From the NCBI RefSeq assembly GCF_009914755.1, contig NC_060929.1: a stretch of DNA of 64,000 bases; one strand, given 5' to 3'. The notes below the pieces were generated by a model, which made no database searches, was not told the origin of the DNA, and worked only from the letters and a program-made list of their open reading frames with translations. Within the stretch, counting starts at the first letter, position 1; each line of letters starts with the position of its first letter. Source of the DNA: the human T2T-CHM13v2.0 reference genome, Homo sapiens. Both the position numbers and the translations under genes were made by a program. Shown here piece after piece: positions 1 to 15,465 of the stretch.

Positions 1-320
1 CCAAGCGAAGTGGCTCACTCCTGTAATCCCAGCACTTTGGGGGGCCGAGGCCAGCGGATCACAAGGTCAGGAGTTTGAGACCAGCCTGACCAACATGGTG
101 AAACCCCGTCTCTACTAAAAATACAAAAATTGGCCAGGCATGGTGGCGCATGTCTGTAATCCCTGCTACTCAGGAGGCTGAGGCAGGAGAACCGCTTGAA
201 CCTGGTAGGCGGAGGTTGCAGGGAGCTGAGATCGCACCACTGCACTCCAACCTGGGCGAGAGAGCAAGACTCCATATCAAAAAAAAAAAAAAAAAAAAAA
301 GAAAAGAAAGAAAAGAAAAG
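1..320 (+). mobile_element. Alu SINE (AluS-type)
   Basis: Dimeric Alu consensus (GGCTCACTCCTGTAATCCCAGCACTTTGG...TACTAAAAATACAAAAATT...CACTGCACTCCA) with poly(A)/GAAA tail; starts at the window edge. Confidence 0.97.
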
Positions 321-1884
321 ACGAAGTCAGAACAGTCTTGAAATTATTTCATGGGCAGAAAGTTTCCAAATTATTAAAGAACTGAAAAGTTAAAAGTTTT
401 GCAGATGTCAGACCATTTATATAAGAATTTTTACAAACAAGAAATAATTTGTGGTCATTTGGTAATAAACAAGTATTTCCTGCTCAAAAAAAAAAAAAAA
501 AAGGAATTGAAAAGTTTTGGGGATTAAAATGAGAACTTTCTTAAGAATTTTGGAAATAAAAACAATTAAGTAGATTATCTTAATAGGGTTATTTCATGCA
601 TTATTTTATATGGTTATGTCAACAGAATTTTAGTCCAATTTTATTCTACTAATTTAAGGAGAAAATTGAAAAAGACAGAATGTAAACATAAACTACTCTC
701 TCAAAACAAAGGATGGGAAGAAAGAAAGGATGATAATTGATCATTGTCAGTTTATTTACTTGGCAATAATAACCTATATTTTTATGCGTATTGTTTCTCT
801 TGAATGCAGTATCTTAAAGTTTCCTCCTTAATTTAAATTTTCCACTATAAAGGCCATTCACAGAGACTCTACACTTCTTTTCTTCCAAGGAGACTCGATA
901 TTTCCATGTTTGTCTTCATTGTAGAATGTGTTTTTCTCATGTAATCCCTCTTTCAGAGGTTTTTCAATATAAAAATCAAATGAGCTCCCAGTGTAATCCT
1001 TGGTGAACATGTAGGTAAATTCTTCCATTTAAAACAGCAGGCAACAAAATCGATTACATTACATTTAAATTCCTGTATATATTATCTGATTTCCTATTTC
1101 ATATCCCTAGATGTGAAAATGTATAATATATAAATCTAAAATATAGAAGTTGCAAATGTATAAATGTAATGTTAAATAATAAGCAAAATGTTATCTAAAA
1201 ACTGAAGAAATTCCCTTTAAATTTCCTGCCCAAAATATCCTATTTGATAAATTTCCTAGTTAGGAATTGAACTGAATTATTCTTCTTTTAAATATTGTAG
1301 TTTTCCTACATAACATTTAGATGATTGTCTTTCATTTCTGAATTATATTTCTTAATCTTTAAAATATATTTTGTTTAAAAAATAATTAATTTTCCATATC
1401 CAATTTATATTCCATTTTTCAGAGAAAAGGAAAAGTTTGAAAAGTGTCAGGATATCAAGTTATAGCAAAAATTTAATGTATTAATAATTTTGGCTTTGCC
1501 GTTCTTACACTGTTTCTCTTATTTTTTTAAAAACCACCCATTGTTTCCTGCCCCGATGAGGCAGTAGCTCTATTTCATCTAGAAATGAAGAGAGGAATTC
1601 TGAAATTTTAAAGATTTTGTGTTTTCTAAAAGTCAAATGGATGCAATTAAAAACCACTTGGGTGCTTAGTTTATAATATCTCTGATCTTTTCAGTCCTTA
1701 GTTTTTAAAGACTGAATATTATGCATGCTGGGGTGATGGTCATGGATTTTTTTTTTTAAACCACAAACCAAACAGGTCAGATCTTTTTAGGCTTTCAAAC
1801 TTTTTCTGCACCTATTTATTATTTCTACATTGCATCTTATTTTATTTTTTTCTGTAAGTTACAAAAGAAAGTCTTTGAAAAATT

Positions 1885-2052
1885 GAAGGGTGAGAGCCGG
1901 GGTGAGGGATAAAAGACTGCATGTTGGATACAGTGTTTGCTGCTCAGATGACAGGTACAATAAAATCTCAGATATCACCACTTAGAAACTTATCCATGTA
2001 ACCAAAACCACCTGCACCCCCAAACTATTAAAATAAAATAAAAATAAAACAA
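1885..2052 (+). mobile_element. L1PB-type 3' end fragment
   Basis: GGGTGAGGGATAAAAGACT...AAAATCTCAGATATCACCAC...ATCCATGTAACCAAAACCACCTG followed by an A-rich tail. Confidence 0.85.
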
Positions 2053-2177
2053 AATTTTCTCTCTCTAACATTTACCTCTTACTCTCACTAACTCTTGTTA
2101 TTTTACTCATCCCTCAGTTTAAGCCTGTAATTACCTCCCCTCTGGTTTCTCTCTTTCTCTCTGATTTTCTAAATCAG

Positions 2178-2380
2178 CTTTTTCTACCAGAACTTTCTGC
2201 GACCATGCAAATATACTTCATCAGCATTGTTCAACATGATGACAACTAGTCATGTGTGACTATTAAACACTGAAAATGTGGCTAGCAAGGCTGAAGAGCT
2301 GAATTTTTAAAATTTTATTTCAGTTAATTGAATTTTAAATAACATCATGTGGCTAATGGCTATGACACTGGACAATGAAG
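2178..2380. mobile_element. MER3-like hAT-Charlie DNA transposon relic
   Basis: AGAACTTTCTGCGA...AAATGTGGCTAG...CTGAATTTTTAAAATTTTATTT...CATGTGGCTAATGGCTA...TGGACA, with internal quasi-palindrome. Confidence 0.75.
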
Positions 2381-5252
2381 CATGATATCCTCTCATTCTT
2401 TCTCATTCTCTCTCTCTTTTCTATGCCTTGGCCTCTATTTCCTCTTGTCTCTGTCTGTATCTAAATTCTGACTCTTGATACTTTTGCAGACCTTAGGGTT
2501 ATTTGCTTAATGCAACTGAAAGGCAAAAACTATATTTCAAGTGCAACCACAAGGCACTGAATCTTTTTCGTAACATTAACTTTTCCTTGAGCATCTCAAG
2601 GAACTGCTGACTGAAACTGTTTGAGTCTTTTGCTAGTTCCATTGTGATAAACTCTGAGGGGTTTTATCATACATGCACATTTTTCTTTTGGTTATTACTC
2701 TTGAACTCCACAAAATCATAACCTTTCAGGGCACTTTCAAGTTCATGTTTCCTGAAGTGATTTTCTTGAAAGCAAATAAATCTTATAAATGACTTTAACC
2801 TTATTCAATATAAGACTACTCATTGCTTTCTTTTATTATTATTTTCTTTTTACCCTTGCCAACAGTGTTCTTCACATCATTTGACCAAGTCATTCATGGA
2901 TCTTAAACATTTTGTGTTTTCTTATATTTCAAAGAACACATGTATTAGAACATATTTTGAGCCTATTCTAATAAACCTTAGGCCATTTTCAAAATTTGGT
3001 ATGTCTGATATTTTAAAGATCAATTGAAACTTTGAATTAAGCAGCAAAATCCAATGTAAAATTTTAGGCAGTGAGTAAAATCAGCAAGATGGAAGAATAG
3101 GAGTTTCAGTACTCATGTCTTCACAAAAGTGTCAGTTTGAACAAATATCAGTTTGCAAAAATAGCTTCACAAAAGTTGAGAAATTCAGGTGAGAGATTAC
3201 AGCACCTGCGAGGAACACAGGAATAGGAAGAGATGTCTTGAAGATGATAGGAAGAACAGTTTTATATGATTCATGTCACCCTTTCCCCAAGCCCATTTGG
3301 TATAGCATGAAGAGAGTTATCTTCCATGTGGGGGAAATAAATTGAAGTTAGCAGCTGAAGCCACCGCAAGCCCTGGCATCAGACCTGTCTCAGTGTTCAT
3401 TGCAACAGGCTGGCCCCTGCACCAGGCTGGCATCCATAATCCCAGGTTTCATGCTGGCCCCTGTGGCTCTAGGTTCCAAACCCATCTGATACCAGGTCAA
3501 GTGCTGTGGCCCTAGCTCCAGGCCCACCCCTATAACTCCAGGCACCAGGGTGGCCCTTGCAGACACAGGCCCCAGGCAAACTCTTATGTCCCCAGGCACC
3601 AAGTCAGCCCTTCTCAGGATTCTAGCACCAAAACAACCTGAGAACCTCATTAGCTGGCCTGCCATAATCTCCGGAGGGACTAATTGTTAAGTGTTTTATT
3701 TACCAAATCTAGTCTGTTAATACTGGAAGATGTGTCTAGTTCTTCAAATCCACAAACACCTTTACAAATAATGATATGGATAAGTATGGAAACATAACAA
3801 CACTGAAGGAACAAAATAAAGCATCAGTAGCCAACCTTAACAAAATGAAGATCTACCAAATGCCTGAGAAATAATTCAAAATAATCTTCTTAAGGAAGTT
3901 CAGTTAGGTATAAGAGAACAGAAGTATACGACTAAATTAACTCAGGAATATAATACAGAAACAAAATAAAAATTTCAATAAGGAGATAAAAAAACATAAA
4001 AGAGAACTAAACAGAACTTTTGGAGCTGAAGAGCACAGTGACTGAAATGAAAACTTCCACTTCAACAGCAACAGCGGACTCATTCAAGTAAATAGAATAA
4101 GCAAGCAAAAAGGGAGATCATTTGAATTTACCCAGAGGAAAAAAAAAGAATGATAAAGTATGAAGAAAACTTACGAGACTTATGAGTCACTACAAAGTAA
4201 ACCAATATGTGCAATATGAGATTCTCAATAGAGATAGAGAAAGGGCAGAAAGCTTATTTCAAAAAATAATAACAGAAAACTCCCCAAATTTGAAAAGAAT
4301 AATGACCATTCATAAGAATACCAAATAGATTAAACAAAAACAGATCTTCAGTAAATCACATTATAATCATACTCTCAAAAGTAAAAGACAAAGAAAAATC
4401 TGAAAACAGCAAGAGAAAAAGTGAATGTTACATACAAAGGAGTCTCATTATAAGACCTGTCATCAGAAATGATAGAGGCCAGGACAGAAAAAAATAATAC
4501 ATTCAAAGTGTTGAAATAAAGTAAGTACCAAAACATGAATATTATACCTGACAAAGCTGTCCTTCAGAAATGAAAGAAAGATAAGCATTCTCCCTGACAA
4601 ACAAATGCCTGGGGAATTAATCACCACTAGACCTGCCTTACAAGAAATAATGAAGGGAATACTTTAAGTTGAAGTGAAAGTATTGTTGTTTCTCCTTATC
4701 CATGGAAGATACCTTCTAAGACCATGCACCAGATGCCTGGTCTTTTCCACCACAGTGGAAAAACATATTGTTGATATACAAAAGAGAAAGGAATCAAAAC
4801 ATACTACTTTGAAAATCCCATGAAATCACAAAAGAAGGCACCAGGAGAGAAAGAAACAAAAGACCTATAAAACAGTCAGAAAATATTTAACAAAATAATA
4901 ATACTGAGTCCTTAACTATCAATACTTACTGTAAATATAAATCAATAAGCAAATCAACAAGGAAATAGAGGATTTGGACAAAATTGTAGACTTAATGGAA
5001 CTAAAAGACTTGTACAGAGTATTCCACCCAAGAGCAGTGAATTCCTATTTTTTCTCTTGTGCACATAGAACATTCTTTAGAATACACCATATGTTAGGCC
5101 ACAAAACAGTCTTTACAAATTTAAGAGACAGAAATTATATATTTTTTCCAACCACATGATATGAAATTAGAATAATAGAAGAAAAAATAGAAAATTCACA
5201 AATATGTTTAAATTCAACAATAACCAAAGAATAAAAGAGAAAAATAAAAGAA

Positions 5253-5547
5253 TTTTTTTTTTTTTGAGACAGAGACTCACTCTGTTGCCCACATTGGAGT
5301 GCAGTGGTGCAATCTCGGCTCATTGCAACCTCTGTCTCCCAGGTTGAAGTGATTCTCCTATCTCACTCTCCCGAGTAGCTGAGACTGCAGGCATGGACCA
5401 TCACTCCTGGATAATTTTTGTATTTTCAATAGAGAAAGGGTTTTGCCATGTTGGCCAGGCTGGTTTCAAACTCCTGACCTCAGGTGATCTGCCCACCTCA
5501 GCCTCCCAAAGTGCTGGGATTACATGTGTGAGCCACTGCTCCCAGCC
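5253..5547 (-). mobile_element. Alu SINE (AluS) inside L1
   Basis: Poly(T) followed by a full reverse-complement Alu; no TSD visible. Confidence 0.96.
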
Positions 5548-6002
5548 AACAAAAGCAGTTTTAAGAAGAAGATGCATAGCCATAAATACAAAAGAAAAAT
5601 CTTAAGAAATGTAACTTTATATCTTGAAGTAGAAGAAGTGAGAAAAAAAAAACACAAATTAAGCCCGAAGTTAGCAGAAAGAAGCAAATACAAAAGACTT
5701 CAGCATAAATAAAAAAAAATACAGATTAGAGAATATAGAAAAATATCAATAAAAGATCAATGAGTTTTTTGAAATAATAAACAAAATTGAAAATCATTTA
5801 TCTCGGTTAAAAAAGAGAGAGAGAAACCACTTAAGTAAATAAAGTTATAAAGAAGAAATATTACAATTGATACCACAGAAATGAAAATGATAAAAATAAA
5901 TTATTATAAATAATTATATGCTGACAAATTTGGTAAATTCAAAGAAATAGATAAATTTGTAGAAACATACAGTTTACTTATACTGAATCATAAAGAAATA
6001 GA

Positions 6003-6305
<303 letters not shown>

Positions 6306-8704
6306 GAAAGAAAGAGAAAATCTGAAGACACCAAAAACAAGTAAGGTGATAGAAGCAGTTATGAAAAGCCAGCAAAGAAAAGAAGCCCAGAATGGCTTGA
6401 CAGGTCAATTCTTAGAAACATTTAAAGAAGAAATAGTACCAATAATTTCAAACCTTTCCAAAAAAAAGTAAAGATAACATTTCCAACTAAATTTATAAGA
6501 CCTGCATTTCCCTGTTAACAAAGCAAGACATTACAAGAAAAAAATTGCAGATTAATACTCCTGATAAACATAGATGCAAAATTCTTCAATGAAAGAGTAG
6601 GAAACAAAATTCAACAACACATTAAAAGGATTGTACAAAATCATCAAGTGAGATTTAGCTCTGGCATACAAGGATGGTTCAACATGCAAAATACAATAGA
6701 TGTGATATATCACATTAACAGAATGAAGCATACAAATCATGATCCTCTCAATGGACACAGAAAAAAACATTAAACAAAAATTATTTCATGATAAAAATTC
6801 TCCAATTTTTCAAGATTAAACCTGCCAACAAACTAGGTATATAAGGTATCTACCTCAACATAATAAAAGGCATGTATGACAAACCCACAGCTAATATTTT
6901 ACTGAATTGTGAAATGCTGAAAGTTTTTCTTCTAACATTAGGTGCAAAACAAGAATGCTCACTCTCACCATTTCTATTGAAAATATTAGTGGAAGTCGTA
7001 GCCAGAACAATTAGGCAAGTAAAATAAATTAAAGGCTTTCAGATTAGAAAGGAAAAAGTTAAATTGTCTCTCTTTGCAGAGAAATGGTCTTATTTATAGA
7101 AAATTTTAAAGAGTCCACCAAAAAAAAAAAACTGTTAAAACTAATAGACGAATTCAGTAAAGTTACAGGACGCAAAATCCACATTCAAATATCCATTGTG
7201 GTTGTATATACTAATAAAGGACTCTGAAAAAGAAGTTAAGAAAACGCTATTTACAATAGTGTAACAACAAATAAAATACTTAGGAATAAATTTACCAAGG
7301 AGGTGGAAAATCTGAACACTGAATACTATAAAACATTGATGAAAGAAATGGAAGAAGACACAAGAAAGTGGAAAAAACATTGGTATTCATGAACTGAAAT
7401 AATTAATATTGTTAAAATGTTGATATTATGCAAAGGAATCTATAGATTCAACACATTCATATCAAAATTCCAATCGCATTTTTTCACAGAAATATTAAAA
7501 ACTATTCTAAAATTTGTATGAAATCACAAAAGACCCTGAATAACCAAGGCAATCTTGAGAAGGAAAAGCAAAGCTAGAGGCATTATACTTTCCGATTCAA
7601 ACTATATTACATAGCTATTGTAATCAAAGCAGTATAGCACTAACATAAGAAACAGACACATAGACCAATAGAACAGAGTAGAAAGCCCACAAATTAACTC
7701 ACGCGTATATGACCAACTAAACTGATAAGGGCACAATGGAAAACTGATAGTGTCTTCAATAAATAGCATTGGGAAAACTAATTATCCACGTGCACATAAA
7801 TGAAATTTAACCCTTATCTTACACTATAAATAAAAATTAACTTGAAATAGGCTAGAGACTTAAATGTATCAATCCCAAAAATCATAAAACTCTTAGAAGG
7901 AAACACAGGTAAAATGTTGCTTGACATTGGTCTTGGCAAGGATGTTTTGTGGATGACACAAATGACATAGGCAAAAGAAAGCAAAAATAGACAAATAGGA
8001 ATACATCAAACAAAAAGTTTCTGCACAGAAAAAAATAAACAATAAAATGAAATAGCATCTAACATGATTAAATTGTATGTAGTTATGATTAGGCAAAATT
8101 TTCTTATGAAAGAATCGTATCTTCCTTATTTTTCAGTCTCTAGATACTTATTTATCATTATTACAATATAAGCCATAATGTTTAACAATCTTTTGTCACA
8201 TAAGCTGAGACGTGGTGTACATATATATATATTAAATTTCAATGTGCTACCTTCAGTGCTCTCAGTCTTTCCTAATAAAAACTCATAGTCCTTTTTTTTT
8301 CTGAATGCAATGTTGCCCACAGCCAAAATGATGTTTTTGTTATTTGATAAAAAAAGTTCATATTATTGTGGAATAAAAACCTAAGTTCTAGAAATAAGCT
8401 CATATTTTTCTCTAATATCCTAACATATACACATTAGTACAGTGGCCTATACTATACTATATCTAAAGCTCACCCAACAGAGTGGTCTTGAAATAATTTC
8501 ACATTGCATGATTTAATGAAGTCTTGAGCTAATGTCTTTTGGATGATATTTCTTGTTACACAATATATAACTACTCTATGTTTCCATTATTTGTTTTCAA
8601 TAGACTTCAGGCTTTATATTATTAATGAAGCTTGTCAAAAAGTTTATAGTGATTTGCTACAAAATTTGGAAATGTGTTGGTAAAATTTAAGTTATTTCTA
8701 ACTC

Positions 8705-9260
8705 ACAGAAACATGAAACAGAACTACCGTTTGACCCAGCAACCCAACTACTGAATATATAACCAAAGGAAAATAAGTAGTTATATAAAAATGACATCTG
8801 CATTTGTACATTTATTACAGCTCTTTTCACAAGGGCAAAGTTATGGAATCAACGTAAGTGTGCATCAGTGGATGAGTGAATAAAGAAAATGTGGTATGTA
8901 TACCATGGAACAAAGCCATAGAAAGGAACAAAACTATGTCTTTTGCAGCAACGTGGATAGAGCTGGAAGCCATTATCCTAAGTAAAATAACGAGAAACAA
9001 AATATAAAATACATGTTCCTACTTACAAGTAGGAGCTAAGAAATTGGTATCTATGGAAATAAACAAGGAAATAATAGACACTGGGGACTCCAGAAAGGAG
9101 CAGGGTAGGAGAGAAGTGAGGATTTAAAAATTAAGTATTGGGGATAATGTTCACTATTTAGGTGGTGAGTATACTAGAAGCCGAAACCCTAGTATTATGT
9201 ATGTATCCATGTAACAAAACTGCACTTGTACCCCCTAAATCTATGCAAAGAAAAAAATAT
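8705..9260 (+). mobile_element. L1 3' end (L1PB4/L1MA1-like)
   Basis: AACTACCGTTTGACCCAGCAA...GCTGGAAGCCATTATCCTAAG...ATCCATGTAACAAAACTGCACTTGTACCCCCTAAATCTAT plus A tail. Confidence 0.88.
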
Positions 9261-9485
9261 ATAAGTAGAAAATACATATTTCTGAATCCAGGTTGGTATA
9301 AAAATTATTAAATAAACAAATGAAGAAAAGATTAACTTTCCATATACAAGAATTTAAAATTTTCTCTGGAGATATGTTGTCCTTAAGGAGATGCAGCGTA
9401 ACTCCCCAATCCTTAAGTATGAGCGTGCGTGGTGACTTGCTTTGAAGAAGTACTGTAAGAAAATGAAGAAAAAATAGAGTCACTT

Positions 9486-10467
<982 letters not shown>

Positions 10468-11209
10468 ACTTGACCTGAGGCCACATAGTAATATTAACAT
10501 AAAAAGTGTGTCGTATTGATGGTACATATCCTTGATACAACATGATGAGACTGGCACTTTACCTCTGTGATCTTCCTCCCCAAAACACAAAGCTCCAGTC
10601 TAATCATGAAAAAAACAAATTCAGAAAGAATTCCAATTAAGGGACATTCCACAAAAAGGTTGAACAGTGATCCTCCAAGCTGTCAAGGTCATCAGTAACA
10701 AAGAATGTTTGAAAAACTGTCATAGCCAAGAGGAGTCTAAGGAGACATGACTACTGGATGTAATGTAGTAGCTTGGATGAAATTCTGCAAAAGATAAAGG
10801 ACATTAGGGAAAAAGTGAGGGAATCATAAAGCATGAACTCTATTTAATAATAATAGATCAATATTAGTTGCGACAAGTGTACCATAGTGATCTAGGACTT
10901 TAATACTAAGGTAGAATGAGCATGGAGTATACGGGAATTCTTTGTTCTATCTTCACAATGATTCCATAAAACTAAAACTGCTCTAAAATAAGTTTCTTAA
11001 CAAAATAATTCAACTTTTACTAGAAAATAGCAAGTATCAGGCATTAAACAGAGACCTGCTTGTGTGTGCATACATGTAAATATTTTCTGCAAATGTTCAT
11101 CTACTTTTCTATATTTTTCAGGGTGTACTACCTTTTCTTCTGCCCAGGTTATGGACTTGTCATGTGAAGTGATGTGTCCAACGAGTAGTTAGGTTCTTGT
11201 CTGATTTGA

Positions 11210-11343
11210 TTTTTTTCTTTTTGAGACAGTCTCATTATGTTGTCCAGGCTGCAGGTTGGACTGAAACTCCTGGAATCAAGCAATTCTCTCCACTCAGCCT
11301 CCTGAGTAGCTGAGACCACAGGCATCTGCCACTGTGCCAGGCA
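11210..11343 (-). mobile_element. FLAM-type Alu monomer
   Basis: T-rich tail then a single ~130-bp Alu arm (GAGACAGTCTCATTATGTTG...CAGCCTCCTGAGTAGCTGAGACCACAGGCA). Confidence 0.85.
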
Positions 11344-11359
11344 CTGTCCACTTTTTACT

Positions 11360-11602
11360 CTGTGTCCATTAGGAGAAAAATATGCCCTGGGAAGTGTTTG
11401 TCCAAGGGGATCATGGACACTGTGGAATTCTTTTGAACCCTACTCTAAGCCCAAAGCCAAGTCCAGCTCCCTGAAATCTGATGCAGTGATGCTCCAGTTG
11501 TTGCACAGACCATGAGTACAAAAAATAATTGTTTACTATTATAGATAACTAAATTTTGAGTAGTTTGTTATCTTGTTTATTGCAACAGTAGCAGAATAAT
11601 TT
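11360..11602 (+). mobile_element. Old MLT1 (MaLR) LTR fragment
   Basis: 3' end motif CAGACCATGAG...AATAATTGTTT...TTTTGAGTAGTTTGTTA...GCAACAGTAGCAGAATAA. Confidence 0.6.
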
Positions 11603-13209
11603 AGCGTGGCACTCAAATCAAGTAGATGGTCATTGCTCTTTGCTGTAGAATAAATGAATCTCTGCTAATTAAGTTTTGTCTATGCATTCAATGACCCTAA
11701 ACAAGACATATGAAACTTCTTAAAAAGTAGTTCTGTAGTTTAAAAAATTATCTAAAAGTGTATCTATTTTAATTATTATTCAGGAAAGAAGAAAAATCCA
11801 TATGTAACGGAGACATTTTTTATTATAAAAACTCATCATAATTATGTGTTTCTTCAAGATTTTGTGCAGCAATCTCAGTCCAATTTCATTGTTATGACAT
11901 TTACACAATTATGTGGACCAATGAATTATGAATGTTGAAATGGGTTCATATATTCAGGAACTAAATATGTTTTTGTGAAAATGAAAACATATTGCTGATC
12001 TCAAGTGACAATAATGGAAAAGAAAATTTAACCAGCATCAGCTGTAAAAATAGTATCACTTCAATATACATGGGGTGTATTTAAGATATTCTTTTGTGCA
12101 CATACAAAAAAAAATTGTGTGCACATCCAGAAACGTACACACACATATATGTATAAGTATAAAAGTTAATACCTAGGCAGTGAGCTAGACAGCAATATAG
12201 CATATAAAGACATAAATTTGCCTTAGTATAAATGGATTATGATTCCATTTAAGACTTGAGAAAGTCTAGCAACAATAGTCTGGATGTGACACATTGGGTA
12301 TGATTTTTTGTATATTGTACAGAATTATTTATTTGCAAATATGTGAAATGTAATCTCCCATTTCCTTAATCCACCTATGAAAATGGCACTGATAAAAATT
12401 GAAAACAATTTTGGCAAGGAATATTTTTATTGCTCAGTATAAGTTGAAATATTTTTATGACTCTATATAGTTAAATATTAAGCTGTCCAAAATGTTCCAT
12501 TATTTATGGCAATATGCTTTGCTGGCTAGATAAACTTAATACTACTAAAAATATACGTATATTTTACTTTTTACCAGATTATTTATTTATCAGAATAATG
12601 AAAAAATATTTGGGGAACAACATTTAATTTAATATAATACGATATTACATGGAAAGATGAACAAAATCATTGGAAATGCTTTTTCTCACTGTGCTTAAGT
12701 AGTCACAATTTCAGGATTCAGTGTCAAAAGAAGGATATCTTTAAAACAGTATTTCATTGTTTTCATTCCGTTTTTATTTCTATGCTGTCATCCTGTTAAT
12801 ATATCCCATGTCAGGTGATAATTAGGTAAATGCAGATAATTGGCAATTTTGATTGAATGTTAAAAAAACCTATTTTATTCTATATATAAATAAAAATATG
12901 TGTGACAGGGAACTAAGTGTTGTTAATAACCATGGGTATGTCAAAACACATAGTGATTTGAAAATTAGTCTAAAACAAGATACAGTTCACACACACCCAC
13001 ACCCACAGGAGAATTAATTCTATTATTTGCTTTTCAGTTGTATCTGGCATCCAGCATGTGCCTATTAAGAATAGTAAGTCCATTTCCCTTTTTAGAACTA
13101 TCTAATTGTCCAAGGGATAAATTTAATAGTAATAGGAATATATTACTTCAAAAACTTATAAGCAAAACATTTCCTGAGCAGAAAAAAAGAAAAGAAGTAG
13201 TGAATATAA

Positions 13210-13990
13210 GTTGTGGATGGCCAAGAATCATATGAAAAAAAGTTCAACACCACAAATCATTAGAGAAATTCAAATCAAAACCATAATGAGATACCATCTC
13301 ACACGGTCAAAATGGCTATTATTGAAAAGTCAAAAAATAGCAGTTGCTGGCAACGTTGTGGAGAAAAGGAACACTTATACACTATTGGTGGGAGTGCAAA
13401 TTAGTTCAACCATTGTCAAAGACAATGTGGTGACTACTCAAAGACCTAAAGACAGAAACACCATTCAATCCATCAATCCCGTTACTTGGTATATACCCAA
13501 AGGAATATAAATCATTCTGTTATGAAGACACATGCATGCATATGTTCACTGGAGCACTATTTGTAACAACAAAGACATGGAATCAATCTAAATGGCCATC
13601 AATGATAGACTGAATAAAGAAAATGTGGTACATACACGTTAAGGAATACTATGCAGCCATAAAAAAGAAGAAAATCATGTCCTTTGCAAGAACACTGATG
13701 GAGTTGGAGGCCATAATCCTTAGCAAACTAATGCAGGAACAGAAAACCAAATGTTACAAGTTCTCATTTACAAGTATGAGCTAAATGATGAGATACATAG
13801 AGGAGAAAAACACACACTGGGGCCGATTGGAGGGTGGAAGGTGAGAGGAAAGAGAGGATCAGGAAAAATAACTAATGGGTACTAGGCTTAATATCCGGAT
13901 GATGAAATAATATGTACAACAAATCCCTGTGATACAGGTTGACCTATGTAACAAGCCTGAAGATGTACTCTTGAACTTAAAACTAAAAAC
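13210..13990 (+). mobile_element. 5'-truncated L1PA (L1PA13-15-like) 3' end
   Basis: ORF2 C-terminus (track ORF 13211-13510: IIREIQIKTIMRYHLT) plus 3' UTR GAGAGGATCAGGAAAAATAACTAATGGGTACTAGGCTTAAT. Confidence 0.92.
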
Positions 13991-15064
13991 GAAAATAGTG
14001 TTGTTTTACAGAGAACAGGACACTTATCTGTGTAGTCCTGGGTAAGTTTCTTAATATTAGTTATAATTATGTCACAACTTTTCTCATATTTACTTTCAGA
14101 CTATTTTTGAAATGTTTCACTGAGAATTAAACCATCTCCTAAATGATTTTAACATGTGTATTGTGATATCACATATGATAAAATGTGATCACATATGATA
14201 AAATGAGGGCCCCTTATTTTATAACCATCACTGTCACAGAGATGAAAATTGTTGGCTATATTCTTTCAGGATGCTGGATGTCAAAAGCCTATGGTTTCGT
14301 GCTGCACAGTAGCAGATGTGAACTGTTTTCCTCCCTTTTTTCACACACTCGTTTACTCTTGTCACTCTGAACTCTCATTCTCCAATTGGCTCTAGGCTCA
14401 GGGCCACAGAGAAACCATTTAAATATCACATTTAAGCCACCAGATACACCCTATTAAACAATCTACTGAATTGTGAAGTTGGAGCTCAAGGCTTGTTAAT
14501 AATCTAGTGCTTTTGCATTTTGTTTTTCTTCTTCATTTTCCCTTAATCAGAGTCTCAATACTCTGTTGAGAATCTCAGGAGAAGAAATGTTGTCTTAACT
14601 GGTAACAATCCAGTACTCATGAGTTCTAGGATAATTATATTTAATATTACTTTGTGTCTGAAATGTACAATAGTATAATGATATGGTTTCCAGAATACAT
14701 CTTGCTGATATTAAAATACAATTGAAATCCAGTGCATAAACTGCATTTCTGAGAACCGTCCCACAACAATATTTTTTATGATTTTCTCTAAAAGAGATTT
14801 TCTCTGAAAGATATATGGGCAGTATCTGAAAGCAAAACTTTGGAATTGTTTAGAAAATAACAATAAATTAATTACAATTAAAACAATTTTATGTGTGTTG
14901 TTTTAAATTTGCTTTTTAGTGCCTTTACTCATTTACGTGTCTTGCATTTTGTAGCTTTTTTTTCTTCCTTTGGACTCAGCTGTCATCTCCCTTAAATGAA
15001 CCAATCCTGGTTATATGGACAAGTTAAGCTTAATCATTTAATTGTAATGTTTGCATCACAGTAG

Positions 15065-15465
15065 TATTATGGGTTTAACTGTATTCTCCCCAAACTCATA
15101 TGCTCAAGTCCCAACCCCTAGTACTCGAGAATTTGACTACATTTGAAGATAAGGTCTTCAATGAAGTGATGATGTTAAAATGACGCCTTTAGTTTGTTCC
15201 CTAATTCAATCTGACTAGTGTGTTCATAAGAAAAAGAAATTTGGACAAACCAAGAGACACCAGAAACGTACAAGCACAGAGACAAACATTTGAGGATATA
15301 GAAAAAGGAAGTCATCGGCAAGTCAAGGAGAGAGGCCTCAGAAGAAACCAAACTTGCCTCCAAGTTCACCTTAAACTTCTAACCTCCAGAACTGTTAAAA
15401 AAAATGTGTTTTTAGCAACACAATCTGTGATAGTTTGCTAAGGCAGCCCTAACTAACACAAATAG
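15065..15465 (+). mobile_element. MLT1B-like MaLR solo LTR
   Basis: TATGGGTTTAACTGT...AAGGAGAGAGGCCTCAGAAGAAACCAAAC...CCTCCAGAACTGT...GGCAGCCCTA; ~400 bp. Confidence 0.85.

Noticed and set aside
15-393. ORFs of 60-155 aa overlapping Alus (also at 5135-6471, 9555-9997, 26598-26980, 29443-29963, 43877-44903)
   Set aside because: Standard Alu translation artefacts (e.g. [17 protein letters not shown]); no gene structure
2178-2380. Quasi-palindrome resembling a miRNA hairpin
   Set aside because: Explained by the internal symmetry of the MER3 DNA transposon
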